In this document: piece after piece, positions 1 through 12,830 of the stretch
How positions within the stretch are numbered: position 1 is the first letter of the stretch
How the letters are laid out: every line of letters begins with the position of its first letter
Source of the DNA: Octopus sinensis
Lineage: Eukaryota
Assembly: GCF_006345805.1 (NCBI RefSeq)
Contig: NC_043006.1
Span: forward strand, 43,648,001-43,712,000
Length of the DNA: 64,000 nt
Reading direction: 5' to 3'
Position numbers and translations under genes: made by a program
Notes under the pieces: generated by a model
What the model was told of the DNA's origin: nothing
The model's database searches: none
Seen by the model: the letters and a program-made list of their open reading frames with translations, nothing else

Positions 1-730
1 TATAGGTTTCATTCCAAGAATCCCATGTTGCCCTGAGTATTGCGAATGACCACTAGGGCCATGGTTTTGTGGTCCAAGCAGAAACTTTAACTGATTGCCA
101 ACTCATGATACCACAGATCAATTCATGATCAGTGTAACTTGGTTAACAATGTGCATATACCATGTTATCCTGGGTCAGTGATCAATAAATCAGTGAAGAG
201 TGAGGATAGATGTAAGAATAATATATATATTTTTTTTTGTCTTTTACAGTCTTAATCATTTTCATCATCATTTTCTACAAAGTTTTCCATGCTGGCATGA
301 GTTGGATCGATCATCATGATCTTCTACATCATCTTACACACACATACACACACACACACACACACAGCAGCAGCAATAAGGAAAACTAGTCAACTTGAGT
401 GTTGTGTGTATCTTACAGTGTGGACTGGAGGCACTTGAACGGTTGTTCTATGTGAGAAGGACTAAAAAGTTCCTTCAACCTAATATATGTCCTCACTTGG
501 CATTACTGCCCCCCCCCACCAAATGGGTAGCTTGCAAAGTAGTTGAAAGGACCAACGTCTCATTCATATGTTCTGTTTCTGGCAAGGTTTCTACATCTAA
601 TTAACAATATCATTTACATCAACAACCACAATAAAATCCAGGAGGCAAGCTTTACACACCATCAAGCTTAACAGCACCACCTGATCCTAGAATTCCTTTA
701 GCAGAGTTCACTCTCTTGCATGGGTTCAGA

Positions 731-919
731 TACAGGAGGAAAGAGTGAGAGAAAGTTGTGGCAAAAGAGTCAGCAGAAGTTTGCCATTTCCTTCTGCCAG
801 AGCCACGTGGAGCTTAGGTGTTTCACTCATAAACACACAAATCACCCGGTATGAGATTCAAACCCACGATCCCTTGACTGCAAGTCCGCTACTCTAACCA
901 CTAGGCCATGTGCCTCCAC
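731..919 (-). mobile_element. tRNA-headed SINE family D, 5' part only
   Basis: Reverse complement GTGGAGGCACATGGCCTAGTGGTTAGAGTAGCGGACTTGCAGTC...GGGTTTGAATCTC has A/B-box-like motifs and matches 48315-48618. Confidence 0.75.
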
Positions 920-1092
920 TTACTCATTTTACTGAACTCTTTATTATTTTCAAAACAGAAACAAAGTCTGTATTGTTTCAAAAAATAGGATGGTAACAAG
1001 AGGGCTAACACTAGTTCATTCAACTGCTAGAAATACCTATCACCAACCCTCACTACAATCTTCTCTAATTCTTAAAAAGAAAAATCAATGTA

Positions 1093-1438
1093 CTCTGTTG
1101 TGTCTGGGGAGAGTCATTTTCTTTTTGTGCCTTATAATTTAACACACACACACACACCGGTAAAATTTCCCCTTATTTCTTATTTCTATTTTCCTAAAAT
1201 TTTCTTTGCAACTTGCAACCTTTCAACACTATTGACTCTCTTGAGTCAAGACTATTGAAAAGGTTGCACGACACAAGGAAAATTTAGGAAAATAAAAATA
1301 AAAGGAATAAGCGGAAATTTTACCAGTGAGTGTGCTAAATTATAAGGCACAAAAAGAAAATTACTCTCCCCAGACACAACAGAATATGCTTCAACACACA
1401 AACTCACATAAAGAATCTTGCAAACCAAACCCCAAAAC
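1093..1438. mobile_element. Fold-back (head-to-head inverted) element with a 15-bp flanking direct repeat; hammerhead-like motif near the centre
   Basis: Arms 1094-~1239 and ~1244-1383 are reverse complements around a TCTT loop. AGAAAAATCAATGTA occurs at 1078-1092 and 1439-1453. A single-arm copy lies at 50170-50309. Confidence 0.8.
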
Positions 1439-1622
1439 AGAAAAATCAATGTAGTTTTAGTTTATAAAAGAAATCTTTAGCTATTACAGTATTTTACAGC
1501 TAATTATCTTTAAGTGGTATCATAATTGAAATGAAAAGTTAAGTTGATAAATATGTGACAAGTATGACATAATGGAATGGAAATTTCAATGTAGAGTGTT
1601 AAAATTTGGTCAGAATACTCAC

Positions 1623-1851
1623 CCCATAAGGCAGCACAGAGAATGTCAGAACTGAACCGTTTCTTGTACTTGCGGATCTCGGGCGTATCACTAACAGCTT
1701 CAATTGGCTGTGAAGGGGTTACATTAACGTTAATCTGGGAGCCGCGGCGGGATGGTGTCATGGAGCCAATAGTGGAGCCAGCTCCAAAACCAAATGCTGT
1801 GAAGGATTTCTGGTGGTTCATCGGAGCCTGCTTGCCCACTGCCTGACGATA
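1623..1851 (-). CDS. msn: Internal coding exon of a misshapen/MAP4K4-TNIK-MINK1 family kinase: end of the linker and start of the CNH domain (229 nt, phase 0 to 1)
   Basis: Translates [76 protein letters not shown](G). [14 protein letters not shown](E/D)ILCAALWG is the family signature. Acceptor tttcattttAG at 1853-1852; donor GTGAGT at 1622. Confidence 0.95.
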
Positions 1852-2005
1852 CTAAAATGAAAGATGGGATAGTGGGGGTAGGAGAGGGGAAAAGGAGGAA
1901 ATACAAGTTGATTAATAGAATACAACCAAGCAATAAAATAACAAGAAAATAATAACAACAACAACAACAACAACAACAATAATAATAATAATGATAATAA
2001 TAATA

Positions 2006-2462
2006 ATGGTTTCAAATTTTGCCACAAGAGCAGCCATTTTAGGGGAGGGGATGAGCTAAGTACATCGACTCCAGTGTTTCACTGGTACTTAATTGATAGG
2101 CCCCCAAAAGGATGAAAGGCAAAGTCAATCTCAATGGAATTTGAACTCAGAACGTGAAGACAGATGAAATACCACTAAGCATTTTGCCCAGCGTGCTAAT
2201 GGTTCTGCCAGTTCACCACCTTAATGATGATGATAATGATAATAATAATCCTTTCTACAGGAAGCACAAAGCCTCAAATTTGGAGGAAGGTATTAAGTTC
2301 ATTACATCGACCCAGTGTATGACTGGTACTAATTTTATCGACCCTGAAAGGACGAAAGGCAAAGTCGATCTCAGTGAAATTTGAACTCAGAACGTAACTG
2401 CAGACGAAATATTGCTAAGCATTTTGCCCAGCATGCTAACAATTCTGCCACCTCACCTCCTT
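2006..2462 (-). mobile_element. Two tandem copies of tRNA-headed SINE family B separated by TAA/TGA repeats
   Basis: Copies at ~2006-2222 and ~2249-2462 share GGCAGAA..GTTAGCA.G..GGGCAAAATGCTTAG...TTCTGAGTTCAAATT (reverse strand). Each ends in (TAA)n-like sequence. Confidence 0.8.
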
Positions 2463-2742
2463 AATGATAATGATGATGTTGGTGATGATAGGATTTTGAG
2501 ATTAGTGCTTGGGTGTTGACTGTCTTTCATGATAAGTTAATATCCAAGTATGAAAGCTTATAATTTTGTGGAAAGAGATCCTGTGACAACATGTTGCTGT
2601 CTGCTCTCACAGAATCAACCAAAGCCAGTATGACCAAGAGCTCTGAGAAGTAAAATAATAATAATAATAATGTTTTCCTTAGTAACCACTAAGGGTTCGC
2701 AGAAAACATCGGGGACAGAACAGGACAATACCATGTAGGGTT

Positions 2743-2999
2743 GGAGCTATGTCTTTTCGTCCAACATCACTTTGTCAAACATCTTTTGGTCCACGTCTTT
2801 TGGTCCAACATATTTTTGTCCGATGACAAATCCTATCAATAAAATTCTCAATGATTATTTGATTTTGATGTTCACCTTGTTTTCTAAAGAGTTCATTTGA
2901 AATTGAACAAAAAGTCACAGGACAAAAAAAAAATCATTGGACCAAAAGTGATGAAGTGATGTTGGACAAAGTGACATTGCACAAAAAACTGGGTCATAC
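2743..2999. mobile_element. MITE-like element with inverted arrays of ~15-nt subterminal repeats
   Basis: Five CTTTTGGTCCAACAT-like units at 2753-2827 and inverted ATGTTGGACAAAG/TTGGACCAAAAG units at ~2905-2985. GTAGGGTT direct repeat at 2735-2742 and 3000-3007. Confidence 0.5.
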
Positions 3000-3142
3000 G
3001 TAGGGTTACATAAAAGGCATGTAAAAAGTTAAAAACAATATCAAATCTTAACAATGACATAGTTAGCAATAGCAACAGAAAGTTGATTAACAGAGCAATG
3101 ATTATCCCTTTCGTATCTAAACTGGCCATACTTTGTGTTATT

Positions 3143-3344
3143 ACTCTTTACTTGTTTCAGTCATTTGACTGTGGCCATGCTGGAGCACAGCCTTTTAGTT
3201 GAAGAAATCAACCCCAGGACTTATTCTTTGTAAGCCTAGTACTTATTCTATCGGTCTCTTTTTGCCAAACTGCCAAGTTACGGTGACGCAAACACACCAG
3301 CATCAGTTGTCAAGCGATGTTGGAGGACAAACACGGACACACAA

Positions 3345-3414
<70 letters not shown>

Positions 3415-3597
3415 TAGAAAAAAAACACCTTTTATCAATTCAATAATGAAAAATTAAATTATATCATTTAGAAAAATTACCTCTTATAGGTATAATATAT
3501 ATAAAATATATATTATATTTTGTGAAATTTGATTTAGTATTTCTAAATTGAATTTTTTCCCTGTAAGTTTGGAATAATATTCCCTCATATTATTATT

Positions 3598-3644
<47 letters not shown>

Positions 3645-3828
3645 CACACACACACATACATACGATGGGCTTCTTTCAGTTTCCATCTACCAAATCCACT
3701 CACAAGGCTTTGGTTGGCCCGAGGCTATAGTAGAAGACACTTGCCCAAGGTGCCAAGCAATGGGACTGAACCCAGAACCATGTGGTTGGTAAGCAAGCTA
3801 CTGACCACACAGCCACTCCTACGCCTAT
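3143..3828 (-). mobile_element. tRNA-headed SINE family A (CORE-like central box) with a nested AT-rich insert
   Basis: Head GGAGTGGCTGTGTGGT...GGTTCTGGGTTCAGTCCC, central CCTTGGGCAAGTGTCTTCTA, internal (TA)/(GT) tract and tail CAGTCAAATGACTGAAACAAGTAAAAGAG. Extra ~190 bp at ~3412-3600. Architecture resembles described octopus tRNA-derived SINEs; family name not verified. Confidence 0.85.
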
Positions 3829-3829
3829 G

Positions 3830-4000
3830 TTCAAACAGGTAAAAATCTGGCCTCTCATACCTACCCGACAATGTCCTTCTAGTAATAAACACTCACATCA
3901 TTGAAATCTTTAAGCTATGAGATAATGCATGGTTAATTCAAAATAATGTGGATAAATAAGCATTATATCGGATAAAGTGCTCTGGATGGTAAAGGGTTAA
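3830..4000 (+). mobile_element. piggyBac-like MITE, one end only
   Basis: Ends in GGTAAAGGG-TTAA. Body matches 9412-9874 and, inverted, 40461-40689. Confidence 0.6.
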
Positions 4001-4788
4001 AGATGCCAGCAGAAAAATTGGCATTAAAATGTACAAGATTATAGCAGAATGATGATGGCAAACATCAACATTACCACCACCATCACCACCATCACCACCA
4101 CCAACAACAACAACATGTTACGGTGTCTGTTGGTAATGGTAATGGTCACGATGATGGTGGTGGTGGTGGTGCTGGTGGTTTTAGTCTCCTAAAAGGAATA
4201 TACTTGAAATATGAAGATTTCTGTACATTTGTGCCAAGAAAATGGTCCATTATCTGTCTACTTTGGAAATACGTAGAGCCAAGAGGTATTAGGAATTAGA
4301 AAACAGCTTTCAAACTTCCATCAAGTCACATATTCTGGACACAACGGTAGAGCAAACGGCTTGTGTATCATACTCCAATCTAAAACGCACAAATGACCAC
4401 AGTGTCATAACATTACTCAGAACATTACCCAGAAACACTCCATAAAGATACCACTAAAAAAAATTGTGGATAGAAAAGGCAGGTGGGGAACGTAGAGGTA
4501 TTTAAAAGAAAAAATATATTAGCGGTAACAGATTAGAGAATTAAGTTACATATAGTAAGAATTCATTTTATCATGATATAATGCAACACTCCATTACACA
4601 AGAAGTAGGGAAATATTTGCCTTGTGTGTTACTATGTGTGTGCAACACACATATGTATTGACATGTGATAATGTTTGTATGTGACTGATAGTGTATGTGT
4701 GTATGTGTGTGAACATTTTGTTTACTTTAGATTACAGATATGGTATCAGACGATCGACAATACAGTGGCATAGATTTAAGCTATGAGT

Positions 4789-4833
<45 letters not shown>

Positions 4834-5479
4834 TACAAAACTCTCCCTCCTACTCCATCTCCTTGTTTTTCTTGCTTGCACATAACATACGTGTATAATA
4901 TTTACACTTTGCAGTAAATAAAGTCAACTGATAATACGAAGTATAAATAGTGACCAGCTCAGTTGACCTTTCTCCTACATAACCCTGGACGATGGCATGA
5001 AGTGAGGATCTTGAAAATAAATTGTTGTGTTGAGAAAGAGTACCTACACTGGGTTTGGATTTGTGATCCAAGGGGTAATTGTTCAATACCCTACCATGTT
5101 GTGTTTGTGTGTGTGTGTGCATGCAGGTGGTTTCAACTTTCATCCTACTGTTATGTCTTCAGTTGTAATTAGAGTGATGTCACAGGCTGTCCTTAAGTTG
5201 TGTCATTATAAGAAGTTACCTCACATCAGATGTCTCTTAGATAAGACATGATGTAAAATTATTGGAACTGTATTTGAAGGCATAAAAGACAAATGGGATT
5301 ATTAGATACACCCCAACTTCAGCAGCACACAATCAGGTGAAAAACAAATGAGATTTTAAGGATTAAAATACATAGGAGGACTAACTTTGCATGTAGGGCT
5401 CATGGTGATTTTTTGAAACATTTTATTTTTGGTAAAAAGTGCATCTTAATATAATCAAATATAACAATTGATGTTTTAA

Positions 5480-5745
5480 CTATAAGAACCCTGTGCTGGC
5501 GCCATGGAAAAAGCACTTGTGCTAATGCCACATAAAAAGTAGCCATGTTGGTGCCATGCAAAAAGTACCTGGCACATTCTGTGGCATTCGGAAGGGAATC
5601 CAGCTATAGAAATCATGCCCAGGCCGACAGCTGGAGTCTGATGCAGCCCTCTGGCTTGCCAGCTCCTGTCCAACCATCCAACCCATGCCGGCATGGAAGA
5701 CAGGCATTCAGTGAAGATGATGGTGGTGATGATGATAATGGTGAT
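5480..5745 (+). mobile_element. SINE-like family C with (GAT)n tail, degenerate
   Basis: GGAAGGGAATCCAGCTATAGAAA...CCAACCCATGCCGGCATGGAA...GATGATGG matches the 56080-56247 and 35699-35940 copies. Confidence 0.7.
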
Positions 5746-6214
5746 GATGAGCACATAGTAAACACACATACACACACAATCATGTACATACACACATACA
5801 CACACATGCACATACAAAATTGACCTTCTGATGATCCTCCAAACAGTTTTTCAGAGTAACAGAGTCACTTTCCTTCAGCCATCATGATGATGACAATGAC
5901 GATGATGACGACGACGACAACGGCAACTTGTGAGATGATCAAGCAAACACATGGCACTTCGATATTACAAGATTAATTACCAAGACACCAGTCGTTAAGG
6001 AAGAAATAGTGTTGAGATGGTAAAAGTAGGGGACATAAGCAGAAAACATGTCCTACAGCTTCTATATATCAATAAAAACACCATATTACACACACACCCA
6101 GAGTGGTATACACCTACTCAAATATAGGAGTATGCGTACACACACACACACACATGTGTGTATATTCATAGAAGTGTTTTTCTCTTTATTTTCTATTGTC
6201 TTCATTGTTTTTAT

Positions 6215-6417
6215 TACTCTTTTACTTGTTTCAGTCATTTGACTGTGGTCATGCTGGAGCACCGCCTTTAGTCGAGCAAATTGACCCCAGGACTTATTCT
6301 TTGTAAGCCCAGTACTTATTCTATCGGTCTCTTTTGCCGAACCGCTAAGTGACGGGGACGTAAACACACCAACATCGGTTGTCAAGCAATGCTAGAGGGA
6401 CAAACACAGACACACAA

Positions 6418-6450
<33 letters not shown>

Positions 6451-6612
6451 CATATATACGACAGGCTTCTTTCAGTTTCCGTCTACCAAATACACTCACA
6501 AGGCATTGGTCGGCCCGGGGCTAAAGCAGAAGACACTTGCCCAAGATGCCACGCAGTGGGACTGAACCCGGAACCATATGGTTGGTTACCACACAGCCAC
6601 TTCTGCGCCTAT
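6215..6612 (-). mobile_element. SINE family A, near full length
   Basis: Collinear with the 3143-3828 copy, without the nested insert. Confidence 0.85.
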
Positions 6613-6969
6613 TGGGGTTTTTTATTATCATTTTTTTATATTTTTATATTTTATATTTTTATATTTCTCCAGTTAACCTTCTTCAGTTGACATAAATATG
6701 TTTGCATACATTATCTTCGCAAGTAAATAGTGTGAGCGTGCAATTATTATTTCAGTGCGCGAATGCATCTTTAAGAAATGGCAAAAACAAATAAACAAAA
6801 CAAATAGATAGAGAAATAAATGAATAAGCAAATAAAAAAAAATCCCATTCGATTTCCATCCCCCACCCTCTCACCCGTCTTGCTCTTGTTCCCTTCTACA
6901 GCTAACCACCAAAATCTAATAACAACAGTGGATAAAAAAGAACCAAAAAAAAAGAGAAAAAACCCAACT

Positions 6970-7011
<42 letters not shown>

Positions 7012-9411
7012 CATAGCACACAGCTGTGAGAGAGGAAGAGGAGGAAAAGAGACAGTGAGGGTGGAGGAAAATCAATGAAACATTTCCAATAGGGTTTTCC
7101 CATATTGCAATTTAGCAGGCAACATCAAGGATAAATTTGTGGAGGGGGGGGGAAGAAACTAGAACAAAACAATGGTGGTGGTGGTGGAGGTGGTAGTGGT
7201 GTTGTTGTTGTTGTTGTTGGTGGTGGTAGTGGTGTTGAGATTAGTAATGGTGGTGTTGGCAATGGTATTGATGGTGATGGTTGTTGTCATGGTTGCAGTG
7301 GTGATATTGGTAGGTGGCAGTGGTAATGGTGGTGACAGTGGTGGGGAAGAAGAAGAAGAGGAAAAAGAAAAAGAAGAAGAAGAAGAAGAAGAAGGAGAAG
7401 AAGCTGGCCTCCTTCTAAAGCTTTACGTACATGAAAAGAAGAGGGACATATTTGCAATGCTAAGGAAGCACATGTTTCCCTTGCTAGCTTCATAAGATAA
7501 GCTGTCATTGATTGGGGAACAACCTACTGAGTGGTTTTTGCTTTCACCTCCCCCCTGCCAACCCGTTCCCAGAACCCCCCCCCAGCGCCTCCTCCACTTC
7601 GATTGATGCAACAAACCAAAGAGAAACTCGTCTAACAGATGTGACTTTCATCTATGTCAACAGAGGAAGGACCCAGTCGGGCTGGTGGGATGACAATTGA
7701 AGGCAACCGAAAGATGGGAAAGAGAGGAAAAAAAAGAAATGTATTAAATTTGTTGTTGGTTGTTGGTGGTATGCGCACTCCTGCTTTAAAATACAAGCGT
7801 AATGCAATGTGCACACGTCAGTTTGCTTAAGCGTATCTGTAAGTATAAGGTGCACGTGTCTGTGTGTAATGTGAGTGCCTGGATATGTATGGTAATGTAG
7901 GAAATAAGCTGATATTCATTCACTAACACATATGCACATGCTTGCAAAATGTGTGCTATCGTAATATGAGTTTGGTATAAAGGTTTAAATGCACAAGAAA
8001 AATATGGTATACATGAAGGTGAATATGCATAGAAATGGGAACGTGTGTGTATGTGTATGCACATATGTGCATGCGTGTGCGTATCTGAATAGCTTAGGTA
8101 TAGAACACCACAAGGAGATGTATAATTTAATGTATGGCTGTTATACAAATAAACACAGCTGAGGTTCTATAGCGCAAAGAACCAATATATATATTTATTT
8201 ATTTTTTTCGTCCAGATATAGCATAAAATTATTACCAGCCTGGTAAGAAGCAATATTTAAAGCTATTTACATCTCATACAGGCAGTGCACACCTCGTTAA
8301 AGAATGTGGAGCTACATCACAACTCTGTAATGACAGTTTACTGTTCCTTAAAGATCTGCAAATCTATCACAAACAGCGCACAGGCATCATACTTTAGCTT
8401 AAAAATCTACAGCCACATCACAAGCTCTCAGTAGGCCATCAGGCGGTTACTTATAAATACATAACCCTATATTGGTACCATATAATTACTTTGAAATTTA
8501 TAACTGTCTGTTGGTACACTAGGTTCTAAGAATGCAAAAACTGATTGCAACAAACATCAAACAAACCCCATCTAACTATATAATGGAATATATCCGTATT
8601 ACACACACACACACACACACATACATACAAGAAAGATAAGCAGACATTTGTAAAATGTCTCACTTAGCTATTATGGTGTACAGACACGACAAAAGCACAA
8701 TAGATAAAAACACAAACGAGAAAACAAAGGAAGCTCATCTGGAGAGTTAGCCTGCAGTAACAATTCTCACTGGGTGTTTTTTCTTTTTTCGGTATACTTG
8801 ATTATTGTTATACATATACATATATATATATATAGCCAAATACAGTGTGATGAAGAAATATTTGTCAGATAAATTAAATAACGGTGATACTGAGTACATA
8901 CACCCATTGATAAAAGAAACAACAACAACAACACTCATGTGATTAGTGTAAAACCACTGCTGAGATGCACACCACTGCAGATAAAAAGAGTATGAGCAAA
9001 AGTCATATTCAGACTATGTTCATTTTTGCCTGCCTTGGCCATGACCACCACCAGAATTTGTAAGCATATGAGAACAGACTGGACAGTGGAGAAAAATGCA
9101 GCATGCCTGCACCACAAACCACTGTGGCTAAGTGCAGCAGAGTGGTCTAACCTTGTACTAGCCGTACTGTGTTTTAGGTCTCTCTGCATTGATTTATCAA
9201 TCATATACATGCCAGAAGTTCACTCAAGCAGAACTGATCAAGGTTTACATAAAAACAGATGGTGATATAGTGTGACACATTGTGCTCTCTCTCTCTCACA
9301 CACACACACACATATAGTAGTATAATTCAGTCATGGGTTATGGTATAGCAAATTACTTTTAAGGAGAGCAGAAAGTGAAGAGAAAGAGAACATAGCAAAT
9401 CCAGTTTAGAA

Positions 9412-9874
9412 ATCTAACATTTAAACCAGGCCAAATATTCTACAAGTTTTATGCATAAACTGACCGAATTTGGCCTCTCACATCATCATCATAATATCTA
9501 TTTTTCCATGCTGGTAATAGGTTGGACAGCATGACAGGAACTGGCAAGGCTAGAGGCCACATCAGGTTTCATATGTCTTGTTTTGGTTTGGTTTCTATGG
9601 CTGGACACCCTTCCTAACCCCAACCACTCCAGAGAGTGTACTGTGTGCTTTTTACATGGCACCAACACCAATACTTTTTACACAACACTAACACCCACAC
9701 CAATGCATTTTTACGTGGTACCTTGGTTTTAGGATCACAATTCTGTTATGGTGGGCAGATTGTTGAGATACTATAAATGTCATTATAAAAATATACTATC
9801 ACATCATTGAAATCTAAAAGGAGTGAGATAATGCATGATTAATTGAAAGATTTATCTGAATACTAAAGAGTTAA
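9412..9874. mobile_element. piggyBac-like MITE split by an inverted family C SINE (~9481-9768)
   Basis: 9412-9482 and 9770-9874 rejoin into the MITE seen at 3830-4000 and end in AAAGAG-TTAA. The middle begins with (CAT)n and contains CTGGACACCCTTCCTAACCCCAACCACTCC. Confidence 0.65.
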
Positions 9875-10198
9875 GCAACCCATGTGCACAGATCTTGAAG
9901 ACTGCTTGGAGACATGAATCATGTTATAAGAACCTGCCAAGTCTCGTGCCTCCAAAGCAAGAAACTACCAGTAGCTAGTATCTTTACACTGTGTTCATTA
10001 AATGATATATATATGACAGCTTCCTTTCAGTTTCCATCTGCCCAGAAGGCTTTGGGTGGCCCATGGTCATAGTAGAAGACATTTGTTCAAGGTACTGCAA
10101 AATGGGATTGAACCAAACCAAAGACAACATGGTTAGGAAGAAAGCTTTTCAAACGCCCACACTCACCCATGCACCTATATAAACTAATAAAACAATAT

Positions 10199-10390
10199 AC
10201 TCTTTTACTTGTTTCAGTCATTTGACTGTGGCCATGCTGGAGCACCGCCTTAAGTTGAGCAAATCGACCCCAGGACTTATTCTTTGTAAGCCTATTCTAT
10301 CGGTCTCTTTTGCCGAACTGCTAAGTTACGGGGACGTAAACACACCAGCATTGGTTGTTAAACGATGTTGGGGGACAAACACGACACACA

Positions 10391-10431
<41 letters not shown>

Positions 10432-10757
10432 GACAGGCTATTTTCAGTTTCTGTCTACCAAATCCACTCACAAGGCTTTGGTCAGCCCGAGGTGCTATGC
10501 AGTAGGACTGAACCCAGATCCATGTGGTTGGTAAGCAAGCTATTTACCACACAGCCCACAATGCCCGAAATTTGGAGGGAGGGAGGGCAGTCGATTAGAT
10601 CAACACCAGTATGCAACTGGTACTTAATTTATCGACTCCAAAAGGATGAAAGGCAAAGTCGACCTCAGTGGAATTTGAACTCAGAACATAAAGACAGATG
10701 AAATACTGCTACGAATTTCACCCGGCGTGCTAGCGTTTCTGCCAGCTCGCCACCTTA
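10199..10757 (-). mobile_element. SINE family A (10199-10562) abutting SINE family B (~10562-10757)
   Basis: Both match other copies in the window. Confidence 0.8.
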
Positions 10758-11539
10758 AAACAATATACAATTTAATGCTCAATTGGGTCTGTTCCTAACA
10801 AAACCAATGAAATAGAGCTGAGATAAGGAGTTCGTTTATTTGTTTGAATATCTTGATTGTATGAGACAGTTAATACACATCTTACAAAGATTTCATTGTC
10901 TTGCCATAACAAACACCCTGTCAAAACAGGAAAAAAAAAATGGGGGGGGGGGAAGAAAAGTAAAACAACATTTATTTTCATCATAGCAAACTAAACTAAA
11001 AGGAATTAACAAACATAATTGCTGGAAATGTATACATGAATCCAAAGACCAAGTTTACAGTTATGTGATATAAGAATATCCCACACTTCTCTACTGTCAA
11101 TACTACAAACATCATCTTCTTACTACATAAATAACCACTTTACTCTTTGTGTTAAGGATAACAACACAAACTAGAGAAAAACACAAGAATACAAGACACA
11201 GAAAGCTGGTTCTTTAACCACTGTCAAGTTGGTTTATATATCTTTAAAACAGAAAACAGCCTTTTAACATCCCACAAACATTACCATCCAGTATCCACCA
11301 CTCCCACAACCCTGCCCAAGCGTGCAAAAAAAAAAAATTTGAAGTAGAATAAACTGCGATCAATGAAGTTTGTTATTGATTGCAAAATGAAATCAATCAA
11401 TATTAAACAAGTCACTTGTTTAAAGTGTGTGTGTTTCTTAAAGAATGTGTGTGTCCCCACACACATATATATACACACATACACACATTTATAGACACAT
11501 ATATACACATTCATTCACTTTCAAAGATTAGGAACTCTT

Positions 11540-11647
11540 TCATACACACACATATATACATACATACATGTAGATATACATACACACATACACAATTACA
11601 CACACACAAATATATATATATATATATACATATACAGATACACAATT

Positions 11648-11694
<47 letters not shown>

Positions 11695-11695
11695 G

Positions 11696-11727
<32 letters not shown>

Positions 11728-11830
11728 AGATACACAATTACACCACACACACATACACATCTATCTATCTATCTATATATATATATATATATATATATAC
11801 ATACACACATACATACACACACATCCATAT
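11540..11830. repeat. Compound (CA)/(TA)/(TATC) microsatellite
   Basis: Directly visible. Confidence 0.95.
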
Positions 11831-12149
11831 ATACATGCATATACACAATCCAACATGAATACATGTAAGTGCTTGAATTTGCATTGCATGAGTTTGTATA
11901 TGCGTTTGTGTACACACACACACATACACATACACCTCACTGCAAAAAAAAAACATTCCCTCCAACTCCGCCAAACACTTACACAACTCTCTTTTATTTA
12001 CTTATTTATCCTGACAAGTAAATATAACAAAATTTAATGTTTGAATCAAATCAACAATTCTCCAATCCCATCGCTGCCCCATTCACACACAACCCTGCTC
12101 TGCCTTGATATTTGCCTTTTGTGTATATTTTTTTCTTGTTTATTATTTT

Positions 12150-12255
12150 ATAACAAATTATTATTATTATTATTATTACCATTACTATTTTTATTATCAT
12201 TATTATTATTATTACCAATACTATTTTTATTATTATTACCATTACTATTTTTATT

Positions 12256-12290
<35 letters not shown>

Positions 12291-12469
12291 TATCATTATT
12301 ATTAGTATTATTATTATCATTATTATTATTATTATTATTATCGTTGCTGCTGTTGTTTGTTTGTTTTATCTCTCTTCTCACTGACTCTCTCTGGGCCAGC
12401 TCTCCTTCCCAGTACAACCACTTTTCTCCAAACACCACCAGCACCACCACCACCACTAACAGCAACAGC

Positions 12470-12506
<37 letters not shown>

Positions 12507-12830
12507 GCAACCATCCTTTGCAGTTGTCTTTCCGTTCTAATCCAATTTTTGACATGAACAGTAAGCCTGGAAGCTGAAGCACATCGGTTCTGGCATCGAT
12601 AAACTGTCCTGCTAGTATCACCACTGCTGCCGCCGCCGCTACCATCTCCATCACCACAAATACCAACATCAACGCCAACACCATTTCTAGAACCACAACG
12701 CCCCCACCACACCACCACCACCACCACACTTCCACAAACTCCAAAGTCCATCATCACCATCATCCTCATTGACACCACCACCACCACCACCACCACCACC
12801 AGCACCTCCACCACCAACACCACCACTGCC
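12150..12830. repeat. Trinucleotide low-complexity block: (TAT)n, (CAA)n, (CCA)n
   Basis: Directly visible; explains the poly-L, poly-Y, poly-V and poly-N ORFs. Confidence 0.9.

Noticed and set aside
2753-2827. Regularly spaced 15-nt repeats, and the 21-22 kb periodic units, superficially CRISPR-like
   Set aside because: No unique spacers, no cas genes, and a eukaryotic intron context.
5105-5170. Other isolated CTGA(T/A)GA hits (~5157 minus, ~34971, ~38694, ~31440, ~58654)
   Set aside because: No stem II followed by GAAA and no matching stem I; chance matches.
7172-7495. Poly-V/poly-E ORF on plus and an H/Q-rich reading on minus
   Set aside because: Simple repeats. The H/Q frame has a stop and no acceptor.
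7500-7720. Unique GC-richer patch with a good minus-strand acceptor at 7682-7683 giving PDWVLPLLT* in phase 0 (a possible CNH-less terminal exon)
   Set aside because: No nearby poly(A) signal or other support; cannot be distinguished from a chance acceptor.
8935-9265. Overlapping ORFs faintly resembling an RTE/BovB C-terminus (KSMQRDLK...FICS)
   Set aside because: Similarity too weak to support without a search.
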